Source: an uncultured Lentisphaeria bacterium (GTDB lineage: Bacteria; Verrucomicrobiota; Lentisphaeria; Victivallales; UBA1829). Taken from it: a stretch of 64,000 bases of DNA. Both the position numbers and the translations under genes were made by a program. The DNA lies in NCBI GenBank assembly GCA_949287225.1, contig CASEFP010000120.1:265-64264 (forward strand). The letters are read 5' to 3'. Under the pieces are notes generated by a model. It did no database searches, was not told the DNA's origin, and saw only the letters and a list, made by a program, of their open reading frames with translations. How positions within the stretch are numbered: the stretch's first letter is position 1; every line of letters starts with the position of its first letter. Positions 16,685 through 25,747 of the stretch are shown here, one piece after another.

Positions 16685-17029
16685 TTAACGTCTCGGGCCC
16701 GGACCTTTCCCCGGTCCTCCGGGATTCCCTCTGCGCGGCGGGCCGTCATGACGGAAATGACGAGGCGGAGGAGGGGGTGCGGGGCGGAATGCCGGGCGCG
16801 GATAATAATAGACCGGCGGCACCCAAACCGGCGGAGGCGGCGCCGGCTGTGGTGTCACCACCACGGGCGGATAACAGTAATACGGGGAACCGATTGAAAC
16901 TCCGACATTGGTTCCGTGCCGCCCGTCACCGACCGACACCCCGATTCCTCCCAGATTGACCGATACGTTGCCTGCGAACGCGAAGGCCGCGCTCCCTGCC
17001 AGAATTGCTGTGAGAATGATCTTTTTCAT
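16685..17029 (-). CDS. Small secreted Gly/Val- and Pro-rich protein
   Basis: 114 aa. It has a signal peptide (MKKIILTAILAGSAAFAFAG) and a strong RBS (GAGGAGG) upstream. The C-terminal half is PPVVVTPQPAPPPPVWVPPVYYYPRPAFRPAPPPPP. Confidence 0.55.
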   Translation of the reverse strand: MKKIILTAILAGSAAFAFAGNVSVNLGGIGVSVGDGRHGTNVGVSIGSPYYCYPPVVVTPQPAPPPPVWVPPVYYYPRPAFRPAPPPPPRHFRHDGPPRRGNPGGPGKGPGPRR

Positions 17030-17181
17030 CTTTCATTCCTCCTCATTTTAGGTTGATCTCTCTTTGAACACCTGTTTTGCGTTGCTGCCCGTAAAACGAA
17101 GAAGAAATCTGTTTTATTGCATTAAATTGTTTTATTTTTAAATTATTTTATTTTTAAAGCTTAATCTTTGCGTTCGAGTAC

Positions 17182-17222
17182 AAAAACATCCCCCTCCCAC
17201 AATTTTCTTCGAGAGGGGGATG
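17182..17222 (-). terminator. Rho-independent terminator of ppdK
   Basis: Perfect 10-bp stem CATCCCCCTC / GAGGGGGATG (17187-17196 / 17213-17222). On the minus strand it is followed by a U run (plus-strand AAAAA, 17182-17186). It lies 29 nt past the ppdK stop. Confidence 0.7.
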
Positions 17223-17250
17223 TCCAGGAAATGCCGTTTTCCGCGATTCG

Positions 17251-20007
17251 TTACTTCTTCGCGGCGATGGCCGCCTGGGCTGCGGCAAGACGCGCGATCG
17301 GCACGCGGAAGGGACTGCACGAAACGTAATTCAGCCCGACCGCATGGCAGAACGCGACGGATTTCGGTTCCCCGCCCTGTTCACCGCAGATTCCGACCTT
17401 GAGATTCTTCCTCGTGGAACGTCCGCCGTTGACCGCCCACTTGATCAGCGAGCCGACGCCCTCGGTGTCGATGGTCTGGAAGGGATCGCTGGCGAGGATC
17501 TTCCTGTCCAGATAATCGCCGAGGAAGGAGCCGATGTCGTCCCTGCTGAAACCGAAGGTCATCTGGGTGAGGTCGTTGGTTCCGAAGGAGAAGAACTCCG
17601 CCTCTTCCGCCATTTTGTCGGCCAGCAGTGCGGCGCGCGGGATCTCGATCATGGTTCCGACCATGTATTCGAGCGTTTTGAGCTTGAATTTCTTTTTGAC
17701 CTCCTCGGCGACCTTCGCAACGATGACTTTCTGGTTGCGCAGTTCGTTCGGATCGCAGGTGACCGGGATCATGATCTCGGGTTTGCACGCCTTCTTCGCG
17801 ACGATCAGTTCCGCGGCGCTTTCGAGAATCGCGCGAATCTGCATCTCGGTGACCTCGGGATAGGTTACGCCGAGGCGGACGCCGCGGTGTCCCATCATCG
17901 GGTTGCTCTCCTTGAGGGAGTCCGCACGCTTGACGAACTCCTCATGGGAGATCTTCAGCGCTTTGGAAATCTCCTGCTGCTGGTCGCGGCTGTGGGGAAT
18001 GAATTCATGCAGCGGCGGATCAAGCAGACGGATCGTCACCGGGAGCCCCGCCATGGATTCGAGCGTCGCCTTGATGTCCTTCTTGACGAAGGGGAAGAGT
18101 TCGTCCACAGCTTTTTTGCGTTCCGCCGGTGTGCCGCTCAGAATCATCTTGCGGAGGGCGAACAGCGGTTTTTCCGCGCCTTTTCCGTAGAACATGTGCT
18201 CCGTGCGGAAGAGTCCGATGCCTTCGGCGCCGAATTCTCTTGCGCGCTGCGCATCCGCCGGGGTGTCGGCGTTCGCGCGGACGCCGAGCTTGCGGAAGGA
18301 GTCCGCGATCTTCATGAACTTCTGGAAGCGGGGATTCTCGCTCGAATCCATTGTCTTGACTTCACCGGCATAGGCGTAGCCTTTTGTTCCGTTGAGGCTG
18401 ATGACGTCCCCTTCCTTGAAGGAGTATTTCCCGACCTTGAAGGTGCCTTTGGCCTCGTCGATCTTCATGTCGCCCGCGCCGACGATGCAGCATTTGCCCC
18501 AGCCGCGGCAGACAAGCGCCGCATGGCTGGTCATGCCGCCGCGCGCGGTGAGGATGCCGTCGGCGGCACGCATGCCCTCGACGTCTTCGGGATTGGTCTC
18601 CTCGCGGACGAGAATTGTTTTAACGCCCTTTGCGGCGAGCGCGACAGCCTTTTCCGAGGAAAAGACGATTTTTCCGACGGCGCCGCCGGGACCCGCGGGC
18701 AGTCCCTTGGTGATGAGTTCGGCTTTCTTTTCGGCCTTGGGATCGAGGATCGGATGGAGCAGTTCGTCAAGCTGGTTCGGGGAGATTCTGGTGACGGCGG
18801 TCGCCTTGTCGATCAGTTTCTCTTCCAGCATGTCCATCGCCATGTTGAGCGCGGCGGTGCCGGTTCTCTTTCCGACGCGGCACTGGAGCATGTAGAGAAC
18901 CCCCTCCTGGATCGTGAACTCGATGTCGAGCATGTCCTTGTAATGCTTTTCGAGCTTGGCGCGGATGGAGGCGAGCTCCTTGTAGGTCTTCGGGAGAAGC
19001 TCCTGCATGGACTTGAGATTCTTGTTCTGCTCGTTCTTGGTGTCGTCGTTCAGCGGATTCGGGGTGCGGGTTCCGGCGACGACGTCCTCGCCCTGCGCGT
19101 TGACAAGCCATTCGCCGTAGAACTTGTTGTCGCCGGTGGCGGGGTCGCGGGTAAATGCCACGCCGGTGGCGGAACTGTCGCCCATGTTGCCGAAGACCAT
19201 GCTCTGGACGTTGACGGCGGTGCCCCAGTCGTCCGGAATGCCTTCGATGCGGCGGTAGGAGACGGCTTTCTTGCCGTTCCAGCTCTTGAACACGGCGCCG
19301 ATGCCGCCCCAGAGCTGTTTTTCCGCATCATCCGGGAATTCCGCCTTGAGAACCTTTTTGATTGTCTTCTTGAAGTCTTCGCAGAGTTTCTTGAGGTCCG
19401 CGACAGTGAGATCGGTGTCGGACGCGTATTTTTTGGCTTTTTTCAGTTTTTCGAGCTGGTCGTCCAGCTGTTTGCGGATGCCTTTGCCTTCGGCGGGTTC
19501 GATGCCTTCGGCCTTTTCCATCACGACGTCGGAATACATCATGATCAGACGGCGGTAGGCGTCATAGACAAAGCGCTCGTTTTTCGTTTTCCTGACCAGG
19601 CCGGGGATGGTTTTGGAGGAGAGTCCGACGTTGAGAACGGTTTCCATCATGCCGGGCATCGAGCTGCGCGCGCCGGAACGGCAGGAGACCAGAAGCGGAT
19701 TGGCAGGATCACCGAACTTCATTCCCATTGCCTTTTCGACCTTTGCAAGCGCCTCCTTCACCTGTTTTTCCAGGCAGGCGGGATACTGCATGCCGGACTT
19801 GAAGAAGTCGACACAGCATTCGGTAGTAATCGTGAAGCCAGCGGGGACAGGGAGGTTGAGTTTCGCCATTTCGGCAAGGTTCGCACCCTTTCCGCCGAGC
19901 AGTTCCTTCATCGAAGCGTTTCCGTCGGACATTCCTTTTCCGAAGAGATACACATACTTCTTCACCGGGGCGGACGCTTTGCGCTTGTTCGAGGCTGTTT
20001 TAGCCAT
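17251..20007 (-). CDS. ppdK: Pyruvate, phosphate dikinase
   Basis: 918 aa. It has the N-terminus LLGGKGANLAEMAKLNLPVPAGFTI, the phospho-His region GGMTSHAALVCRGWGK and the C-terminal PEP-utilising domain FFSFGTNDLTQMTFG. Confidence 0.95.
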   Translation of the reverse strand: MAKTASNKRKASAPVKKYVYLFGKGMSDGNASMKELLGGKGANLAEMAKLNLPVPAGFTITTECCVDFFKSGMQYPACLEKQVKEALAKVEKAMGMKFGDPANPLLVSCRSGARSSMPGMMETVLNVGLSSKTIPGLVRKTKNERFVYDAYRRLIMMYSDVVMEKAEGIEPAEGKGIRKQLDDQLEKLKKAKKYASDTDLTVADLKKLCEDFKKTIKKVLKAEFPDDAEKQLWGGIGAVFKSWNGKKAVSYRRIEGIPDDWGTAVNVQSMVFGNMGDSSATGVAFTRDPATGDNKFYGEWLVNAQGEDVVAGTRTPNPLNDDTKNEQNKNLKSMQELLPKTYKELASIRAKLEKHYKDMLDIEFTIQEGVLYMLQCRVGKRTGTAALNMAMDMLEEKLIDKATAVTRISPNQLDELLHPILDPKAEKKAELITKGLPAGPGGAVGKIVFSSEKAVALAAKGVKTILVREETNPEDVEGMRAADGILTARGGMTSHAALVCRGWGKCCIVGAGDMKIDEAKGTFKVGKYSFKEGDVISLNGTKGYAYAGEVKTMDSSENPRFQKFMKIADSFRKLGVRANADTPADAQRAREFGAEGIGLFRTEHMFYGKGAEKPLFALRKMILSGTPAERKKAVDELFPFVKKDIKATLESMAGLPVTIRLLDPPLHEFIPHSRDQQQEISKALKISHEEFVKRADSLKESNPMMGHRGVRLGVTYPEVTEMQIRAILESAAELIVAKKACKPEIMIPVTCDPNELRNQKVIVAKVAEEVKKKFKLKTLEYMVGTMIEIPRAALLADKMAEEAEFFSFGTNDLTQMTFGFSRDDIGSFLGDYLDRKILASDPFQTIDTEGVGSLIKWAVNGGRSTRKNLKVGICGEQGGEPKSVAFCHAVGLNYVSCSPFRVPIARLAAAQAAIAAKK

Positions 20008-20071
20008 TTCGTTTCCTTTCTTTTGGGTTGATAGACGGATTGATTATAAAAAAAGATAGAATTTTGGGAAC

Positions 20072-20464
20072 TTAAAAACTCTGAAATGCTTTGATCAGTT
20101 CTTTTTTCTTGAGGTTCGTGGCATGGTCGATCATCACAAACGAACCGTTCACCTCCGCTTCAAAGGGAATGCCGCTGATGTAAAGCATTCCCGTCTGTTT
20201 GATGTGTTCGAGTTTCCGTTTCTGCTTGGAGAAATTGAGATCATATTTGTAGAAGGCCACCTCACGGCCCGCAATCATCATTGAAACCCCCTCGCTCGCG
20301 CGGACCGGATCCGGCAGCATCAGGGCATTGACGTTTCCCCCGACATGCTTTGCCATGTGCATGACCAGGTCCGAAAGGGGACGGTCGTTGTTTTCCGTGG
20401 CGCAGGAGGAAACCAACACCGCGGCGAGAAAACCCAGAAAAAGAGAGAGAAGCGTTTTCTTCAT
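20072..20464 (-). CDS. Hypothetical lipoprotein
   Basis: ORF 20072..20494. The start is taken at MKKTLLSLFLGFLAAVLVSSC (lipobox VSSC). I recognise no family. Confidence 0.6.
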   Translation of the reverse strand: MKKTLLSLFLGFLAAVLVSSCATENNDRPLSDLVMHMAKHVGGNVNALMLPDPVRASEGVSMMIAGREVAFYKYDLNFSKQKRKLEHIKQTGMLYISGIPFEAEVNGSFVMIDHATNLKKKELIKAFQSF

Positions 20465-20681
20465 TGAACAGGATTCTTTGCTCTTAAAATTCATGTTCCG
20501 GACTCATGTCCGATCCGTTTCCGGAAGATTCCAGCCGGATCAAACTGTAATTTAATCCGTTTCCTGCAAAAAATCAAGTTGAATCACAGGCATTTGTGAA
20601 ATATATTGACCGGATTGCGCCGCATCCGGTTTTTCCCCTGACCGCGGCGCACAAAATGAACGCAGCGGAACAGGAAGTAAA

Positions 20682-21347
20682 ATGAAATGTGAAGTCATCC
20701 ACGCCGGCTATCCCGGCGACAATACATCGGCAATGCGCAGACGCCTCTCCCGCGACGTGCTTGCGCACGATCCCACATGCGTCACAATCCTCTGCGGCAC
20801 CAACGACGCGGTCAATCCGCGCGCCCTTGTGCCGCGCAGAGAGTTCCTCGACAATCTTGAGGCGATGATCTCGGCGATCCGCGAAACGGACGCGGACATC
20901 CTCCTGATCGCTCCGCCGCCGGTCTTTTCCCCCGAGGTGATCGAGCGTTACGGATTCGATCTCCCCGCCGGCACCGATCTGAATCCCGGAATCCGGGAGT
21001 ATGCGGACGGCATGAAGCGCCTTGCGGAACGCCTCGGAGTGCCGTTTCTGGATCTCTTCAGCATTTTCAGGGAAATCGGGAATGTCGGGCCGGGCAGGGA
21101 AAGCCTGATCCGGAACGAGGCCAACTCCGGCACAAAGGACGGCGCGCATCCGACCGAGGAGGGATACCGTCTGATCGCCGCCCTGATTTATCCGGCTCTG
21201 CGGGACAATTGCTGCGACTGCACGCGCCTTGTCTGTTTCGGCGACAGCATCACGCACGGTTACCCGTTCCCCGGCATGGGAACGCTCGAAGGGACCAACT
21301 TCCCCGCGCTGCTTTTCCATTTGCTCAATAGGGAGGAAGAGCCATGA
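20682..21347 (+). CDS. SGNH/GDSL-family hydrolase with permuted block order (II-III-V-I)
   Basis: 221 aa. Block II-like is HAGYPGDNTSAMRRRL (aa 7-22). Block III is LCGTNDA. Block V is DGAHPTEEGY. The canonical block I, VCFGDSITHGY, appears only at aa 184-194, near the C-terminus. The stop overlaps the trmL start (ATGA). Confidence 0.8.
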   Translation: MKCEVIHAGYPGDNTSAMRRRLSRDVLAHDPTCVTILCGTNDAVNPRALVPRREFLDNLEAMISAIRETDADILLIAPPPVFSPEVIERYGFDLPAGTDLNPGIREYADGMKRLAERLGVPFLDLFSIFREIGNVGPGRESLIRNEANSGTKDGAHPTEEGYRLIAALIYPALRDNCCDCTRLVCFGDSITHGYPFPGMGTLEGTNFPALLFHLLNREEEP

Positions 21348-21835
21348 AGGAGTTTTTTTTCCATGTCGTTCTCGTTGCGCCTGAAATCCCGCAGAACACC
21401 GGCAACATCGGAAGAATCTGCTCGTGCACGCGCTGCCGCCTTCATCTGGTCAAGCCGCTCGGTTTTTCCCTCGATGACCGGCATGTGAAGCGTTCCGGCA
21501 TGGACTACTGGCGCCATGTCGAATACACGATCCACGAATCGTGGGGGGATTTCGTGAAGGCGATGGACGGCGCGCCGATGTATTTCTACTCGACAAAAGG
21601 GAAAAAGGTTTACTGGGACTGTCCGATGGAGGACGGTTCCTGCCTGATTTTCGGCAGCGAAGGTTCCGGACTTCCCGCCGCGATTCATGAAGCTTATCCG
21701 GAACAGTTCTACACGATTCCGATGCCGGGGCATTTTTCGCGCAGCCTGAATCTGGCGAATTCGGTCGCCGTCGCCGTTTACGAAGGGCTGCGCCGCCGCG
21801 GAGATCGGATCGCGGAACAGCATTGTCCGGGTTGA
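21344..21835 (+). CDS. trmL: tRNA (cytidine/uridine-2'-O-)-methyltransferase TrmL (SpoU/TrmH family)
   Basis: 163 aa with PEIPQNTGNIGRIC, GFSLDDRHVKRSGMDYW and SLNLANSVAVAVYE, which are SPOUT-class motifs typical of TrmL. Confidence 0.88.
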   Translation: MKEFFFHVVLVAPEIPQNTGNIGRICSCTRCRLHLVKPLGFSLDDRHVKRSGMDYWRHVEYTIHESWGDFVKAMDGAPMYFYSTKGKKVYWDCPMEDGSCLIFGSEGSGLPAAIHEAYPEQFYTIPMPGHFSRSLNLANSVAVAVYEGLRRRGDRIAEQHCPG

Positions 21836-21927
21836 AAAATCCGGCGCGGGAGCTTGTAAAAACGAACAAAAGGTGATATTTTAAAAGTTCTCATCACTTT
21901 TAACAGCAAAGAAAGACAGGAACGGAA

Positions 21928-23463
21928 ATGAAAACGCAGACCAGATACGGACGGTATGTTGAACTGCTCGATACAACCCTGCGTGACGGAGAGCAGACGC
22001 CCGGCGTCGCTTTTACGCCCGCGGAAAAGTTTGAGATCGCCCGCATTCTCATTTCCCACCTGCGTATCGACCGTCTTGAGATCGGTTCGGCAAGGGTTTC
22101 GGACGGAGAGCGCGAGGCGCTCGCGGCGATCCTGAAATGGGCCGAACACCGCGGCTGCCTTGAACGTATGGAAATTCTCGGATTCGTAGACGGCGGGAAA
22201 TCCGCTTCCTGGATCAAAGAGGCCGGCGGGACCGTCATGAACCTGCTAGCGAAAGGATCGGAAAACCACTGCCGTGTCCAGCTCCGCAAGGAGCCGCAGC
22301 AGCATTTCGACGAAGTCTGCCGCGAAATCGAAAACGCGCATGACCTCGGACTTGAAGTCAATCTTTATCTCGAAGACTGGTCCAACGGCATGGCGCATTC
22401 GTTCCCGTATGTCTACTCCTTTCTGAGCGCTCTGCGCGGGATGCCGCTGGAGCGGATCATGCTGCCGGACACGCTCGGAGTCATGACGCCGGATGACGTG
22501 ACGCGCTGTCTGGACTGGATGTACGCGGCGTTTCCGGATGTCCGGCTCGACTTCCACGGTCACAACGACTATGGACTTGTGACCGCGAACAGTCTCGCCG
22601 CCGTCAAGGCAGGTGTAAGCGGAATCCATGTGACTGTGAACGGTCTCGGGGAACGCACGGGCAACCAGCAGCTCGCGCAGCTTGTTGTCGTCATCAACGA
22701 TCATACCGACCGCACGACCCGCGTTCCGGAAAAGGAGCTTCAGCACGCGTCCGAGCTGGTGCAGACGATCTCGGGAAAACGCTATTCGTGGAACACTCCC
22801 GTCATCGGTTCGGATGTATTCACACAGACCTGCGGTGTTCACGCCGACGGCGATAAAAAAGGCAATCTCTACGCGAACCGCCTGCTGCCGGAACGGTTCG
22901 GGCGCAAACGCAACTACGCGCTCGGCAAACTCTCCGGAAAGGCGTCGCTGGAGCAGAATCTGCAGATCATGGGGATGGCCGAACTCGCGCCCGAAGTGCG
23001 CTCCAAAGTGCTTCAGGAGGTCGTCCGGCTCGGCGACAAGAAGAAACAGGTGACGCCCTCGGATCTGCCCTTCATCATCGCAAGCGTCCTGCGCACGCCG
23101 ATCACCGGACGTGTCAAGGTTCTTGACTATCAGGTCGAAAGCACGCTGAAATCGACCCCGAAGGCAGTTGTCACGATTGAGCTCGACGGCGAGAAAATCA
23201 CGGAAAAAGCCTCCGGCGATGGCGGATACGACGCGTTCGTCAAGGCGCTGCGCAAACTGTTGAAGAAGCGCGGAATCACTTTCCCGAAACTTGCCGATTA
23301 CGAAGTGCGCATCCCCCCCGGCGGCAAGACCGACGCTCTGGTCGAGACCACGATCAGCTGGGAGATGCCCGACCGTACATTGACCACGACCGGCGTCGAC
23401 AGCGACCAGCTTACTGCCGCTGTCGTCGCAACGGAAAAGATGCTCAATCTGGTCATTAAATGA
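21928..23463 (+). CDS. 2-isopropylmalate / (R)-citramalate synthase family enzyme
   Basis: 511 aa with the N-terminus LLDTTLRDGEQTPGV, the HMGL-like barrel motif (FHGHNDYGL) and a C-terminal LeuA-dimerisation/regulatory domain. I cannot separate LeuA from CimA by eye. Confidence 0.88.
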   Translation: MKTQTRYGRYVELLDTTLRDGEQTPGVAFTPAEKFEIARILISHLRIDRLEIGSARVSDGEREALAAILKWAEHRGCLERMEILGFVDGGKSASWIKEAGGTVMNLLAKGSENHCRVQLRKEPQQHFDEVCREIENAHDLGLEVNLYLEDWSNGMAHSFPYVYSFLSALRGMPLERIMLPDTLGVMTPDDVTRCLDWMYAAFPDVRLDFHGHNDYGLVTANSLAAVKAGVSGIHVTVNGLGERTGNQQLAQLVVVINDHTDRTTRVPEKELQHASELVQTISGKRYSWNTPVIGSDVFTQTCGVHADGDKKGNLYANRLLPERFGRKRNYALGKLSGKASLEQNLQIMGMAELAPEVRSKVLQEVVRLGDKKKQVTPSDLPFIIASVLRTPITGRVKVLDYQVESTLKSTPKAVVTIELDGEKITEKASGDGGYDAFVKALRKLLKKRGITFPKLADYEVRIPPGGKTDALVETTISWEMPDRTLTTTGVDSDQLTAAVVATEKMLNLVIK

Positions 23464-23605
23464 GTGCCCTGCCCAAGTAAGCGTCGTTCCGAGTCCTGTC
23501 CGAAATCCATGGAACGCAGATGATATTTCCCCGTGCTCGTTCCGCTCCGGCTCCCCTGCGGCTGGGACGGAGGGAGGAGCATCGTTTCCGTGCCGCGGGC
23601 GCCGG

Positions 23606-23947
23606 TCAGGAGTCAACGGGTCTGGAATGGCTGATCTCCAGATACAGCGCGGAAGAGGGAGTAACCAGTTTGCCCGCCAGAATGTCTGATTCCGTAATCC
23701 GGGAGAGCAGAATGTAGCCTCCGCCGCAGCGCTTGTAATCGTGAATCAGGTAAAGTCTGCCGTTTCCGGCTTCCGTTCCGTCCGGATAGGAGACGTTGTC
23801 CCTGGCGTCCAGCAGAAGGCGATACGGCCATGTGAGACCGTCGTCTTCGGAAAGGAATGCGGTCATTTTTTCCCGTTTCTCAGCGGAATCGTTGTTGACC
23901 AGAAGGAGAAGACCTGATTTCAGGCGCCGGATGAAAAAGCGCGAGAT
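23606..23947 (-). pseudogene. 5'-truncated remnant of a BNR/sialidase-like glycoside hydrolase
   Basis: The frame is open for only 114 codons. It reads ...RRLKSGLLLLVNNDSAEKREKMTAFLSEDDGLTWPYRLLLDAR...GRLYLIHDY..., the last propeller blades with an Asp-box (SEDDGLTW). Family-like sequence continues upstream of the only ATG (23866) until an in-frame stop at 23948-23950. There is no room for the rest of a roughly 400-aa enzyme. Confidence 0.55.
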
Positions 23948-23972
23948 TCATGGCGGAGTCAAGGAAGAACCG

Positions 23973-24668
23973 ATGTCGCTGAACGGGTGTCTGCAAACGG
24001 TCTTTCTGCAGAGAGGGGATTTCTATCTGATCCGGCGCCACGTCTGGGAATATATTTCATTTTCCCGAAAACACGATTTTCTCTGCCTGGTTCCGCGGAA
24101 CGGTTATCTGCGGCTGGTGCGCTATCGCATTTCGGACATTCCGAACGGACAGGGGGAAAACAGATTTGAAAGCGACTGGTATCATACATGTTCGCTTTCC
24201 GATTCCCTGAAGCATGCTTTTGAAACACTGGCCGCTCTGGAAGAATTCCAATGTGATGAAACTCTGTCTGCGGAAACTGTCCGTCTGATTCTGCGCCTTT
24301 CCCTCCTGGAACTGCGGAAAGATCCTGTCCACGGGAACAAGCGCCTGATGACATTTGAAACAATCCGCGCCTTTCTTGACAATCATTTCGCGGAACCGCT
24401 CACGAGGGAGGACACCGCTCGGATTTTCGGTTTGAATCCCTGCTATCTCTCCCAGTTGTTCCGGCTTCAGACGGGGGAAACGTTTCAGGCGTATCTGCTG
24501 AAATGCCGGATTGCCAAGGCGAAATTTCTGCTCGCGCAGACCTCTCTTGCCGTGAAAAACGTTGCCGATGAGTGCGGCTGGCGGGACGACGTTCACTTTA
24601 TTCGCCAGTTCCGCGGGACGGTCGGCATGACGCCGGGGAAATACCGTCTGCTTCATACACGGAATTAA
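23973..24668 (+). CDS. AraC-family transcriptional regulator
   Basis: ORF 23796..24668. The start is taken at MSLNGCLQ (ATG 23973, preceded by AAGGAAG). The C-terminal double HTH reads LTREDTARIFGLNPCYLSQLFRLQTGETFQAYLLKCRIAKAKFLL...FIRQFRGTVGMTPGKYR. Confidence 0.8.
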   Translation: MSLNGCLQTVFLQRGDFYLIRRHVWEYISFSRKHDFLCLVPRNGYLRLVRYRISDIPNGQGENRFESDWYHTCSLSDSLKHAFETLAALEEFQCDETLSAETVRLILRLSLLELRKDPVHGNKRLMTFETIRAFLDNHFAEPLTREDTARIFGLNPCYLSQLFRLQTGETFQAYLLKCRIAKAKFLLAQTSLAVKNVADECGWRDDVHFIRQFRGTVGMTPGKYRLLHTRN

Positions 24669-24768
24669 CGCTCGGCTTCCATGCGAAGGTGAAAACACGC
24701 CCTGTACACAAAAAAAGCCGCCGGAAACGGGGACGGCATGAAAGAAGAAAACAAAAAACGGGGAAGCG

Positions 24769-24984
24769 TTATTTCTGTCTGAAAACGATTCTTCCTTTGG
24801 TCAGGTCGTAGGGCGACATTTCAAGCGTGACCGTATCGCCCGGCAGGATGCGGATGAAGTTCAGGCGCATTTTTCCGCTGATGTGCGCAAGCACCGTGTG
24901 TTTGTTGGGCAGTTCCACCATGAACATGGTGTTCGGCAGCAGTTCCTTGACGACGCCGTCGACTTTGATCAAATCCTTAGACAC
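24769..24984 (-). CDS. infA: Translation initiation factor IF-1
   Basis: 71 aa: [69 protein letters not shown]. This is a canonical IF-1 S1 fold sequence. Confidence 0.95.
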   Translation of the reverse strand: MSKDLIKVDGVVKELLPNTMFMVELPNKHTVLAHISGKMRLNFIRILPGDTVTLEMSPYDLTKGRIVFRQK

Positions 24985-25744
24985 GAGTTAAGACCTCCGT
25001 TCCGTTCTCTGTGATAAGTATCATGTGCTCGAAATGGGCGGAAGGCTCTCCGTCGCGGGTGCGCACCGTCCATCCGTCGCTTTCCGTGTAAACTCTGTGG
25101 GAGCCGAGATTCAGCATCGGCTCGACGCATAGCACCATGCCGGGAATCAGTTTCGGCCCTTTGCGATGCTGGGCGAAGTTGGGAACATCCGGCGGCTCGT
25201 GGAGCCTCGTTCCGCAGCCGTGCCCGACATATTCGCGGACGATTCCGAGATGTGCCTCCTGCGCCACCGCTTCGACCGCGCGTGAAATATCCTGCACATA
25301 GCCGCCGGGATGCGCGGCGGCAAGACCCGCTTCCAGGGATCTGCGGGTATATTCCAGCAGCCGGGCGATGTCTCCGGGCATGTCCGCCTCGTCGCCGACA
25401 TAAACCGTCCGCGCCGAATCTCCGACGCCGCCGTCGAATGCGACGCCGACATCCACGCTGACCACATCCCCCTTGAGGATGAAACGGTCATGGCGCCCGA
25501 TTCCGTGCACGACCTCGTCGTTGACCGAAATGCAGATGTTCCCCGGGTAGCCGCGATAGTTCAGGAAAACCGGCTCGCCGCCCATGGAGCGGATCACTTC
25601 GCCCGCGATGTTGTCCAGATCCTTGGTCGTCATCCCCGAGTGTACCAGGGAGCAGATCCGGTCGCGCGCAACGGCGGTCATATGCGCCGCCTTGCGGATT
25701 TTCTCGATTTCCTTCGGTGTATGGACAACGTATTCGGGTCTCAT
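24977..25744 (-). CDS. map: Type I methionine aminopeptidase
   Basis: 255 aa with metal-ligand motifs [25 protein letters not shown] and FEHMILIT. It overlaps the infA start by 8 nt. Confidence 0.93.
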   Translation of the reverse strand: MRPEYVVHTPKEIEKIRKAAHMTAVARDRICSLVHSGMTTKDLDNIAGEVIRSMGGEPVFLNYRGYPGNICISVNDEVVHGIGRHDRFILKGDVVSVDVGVAFDGGVGDSARTVYVGDEADMPGDIARLLEYTRRSLEAGLAAAHPGGYVQDISRAVEAVAQEAHLGIVREYVGHGCGTRLHEPPDVPNFAQHRKGPKLIPGMVLCVEPMLNLGSHRVYTESDGWTVRTRDGEPSAHFEHMILITENGTEVLTRV

Positions 25745-25747
25745 GAT

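Noticed and set aside
17344-20031. 895-aa plus-strand ORF
   Set aside because: It is an exact antisense shadow of ppdK. It has no recognisable domain, and its composition is biased toward R/A/G/D/E/F.
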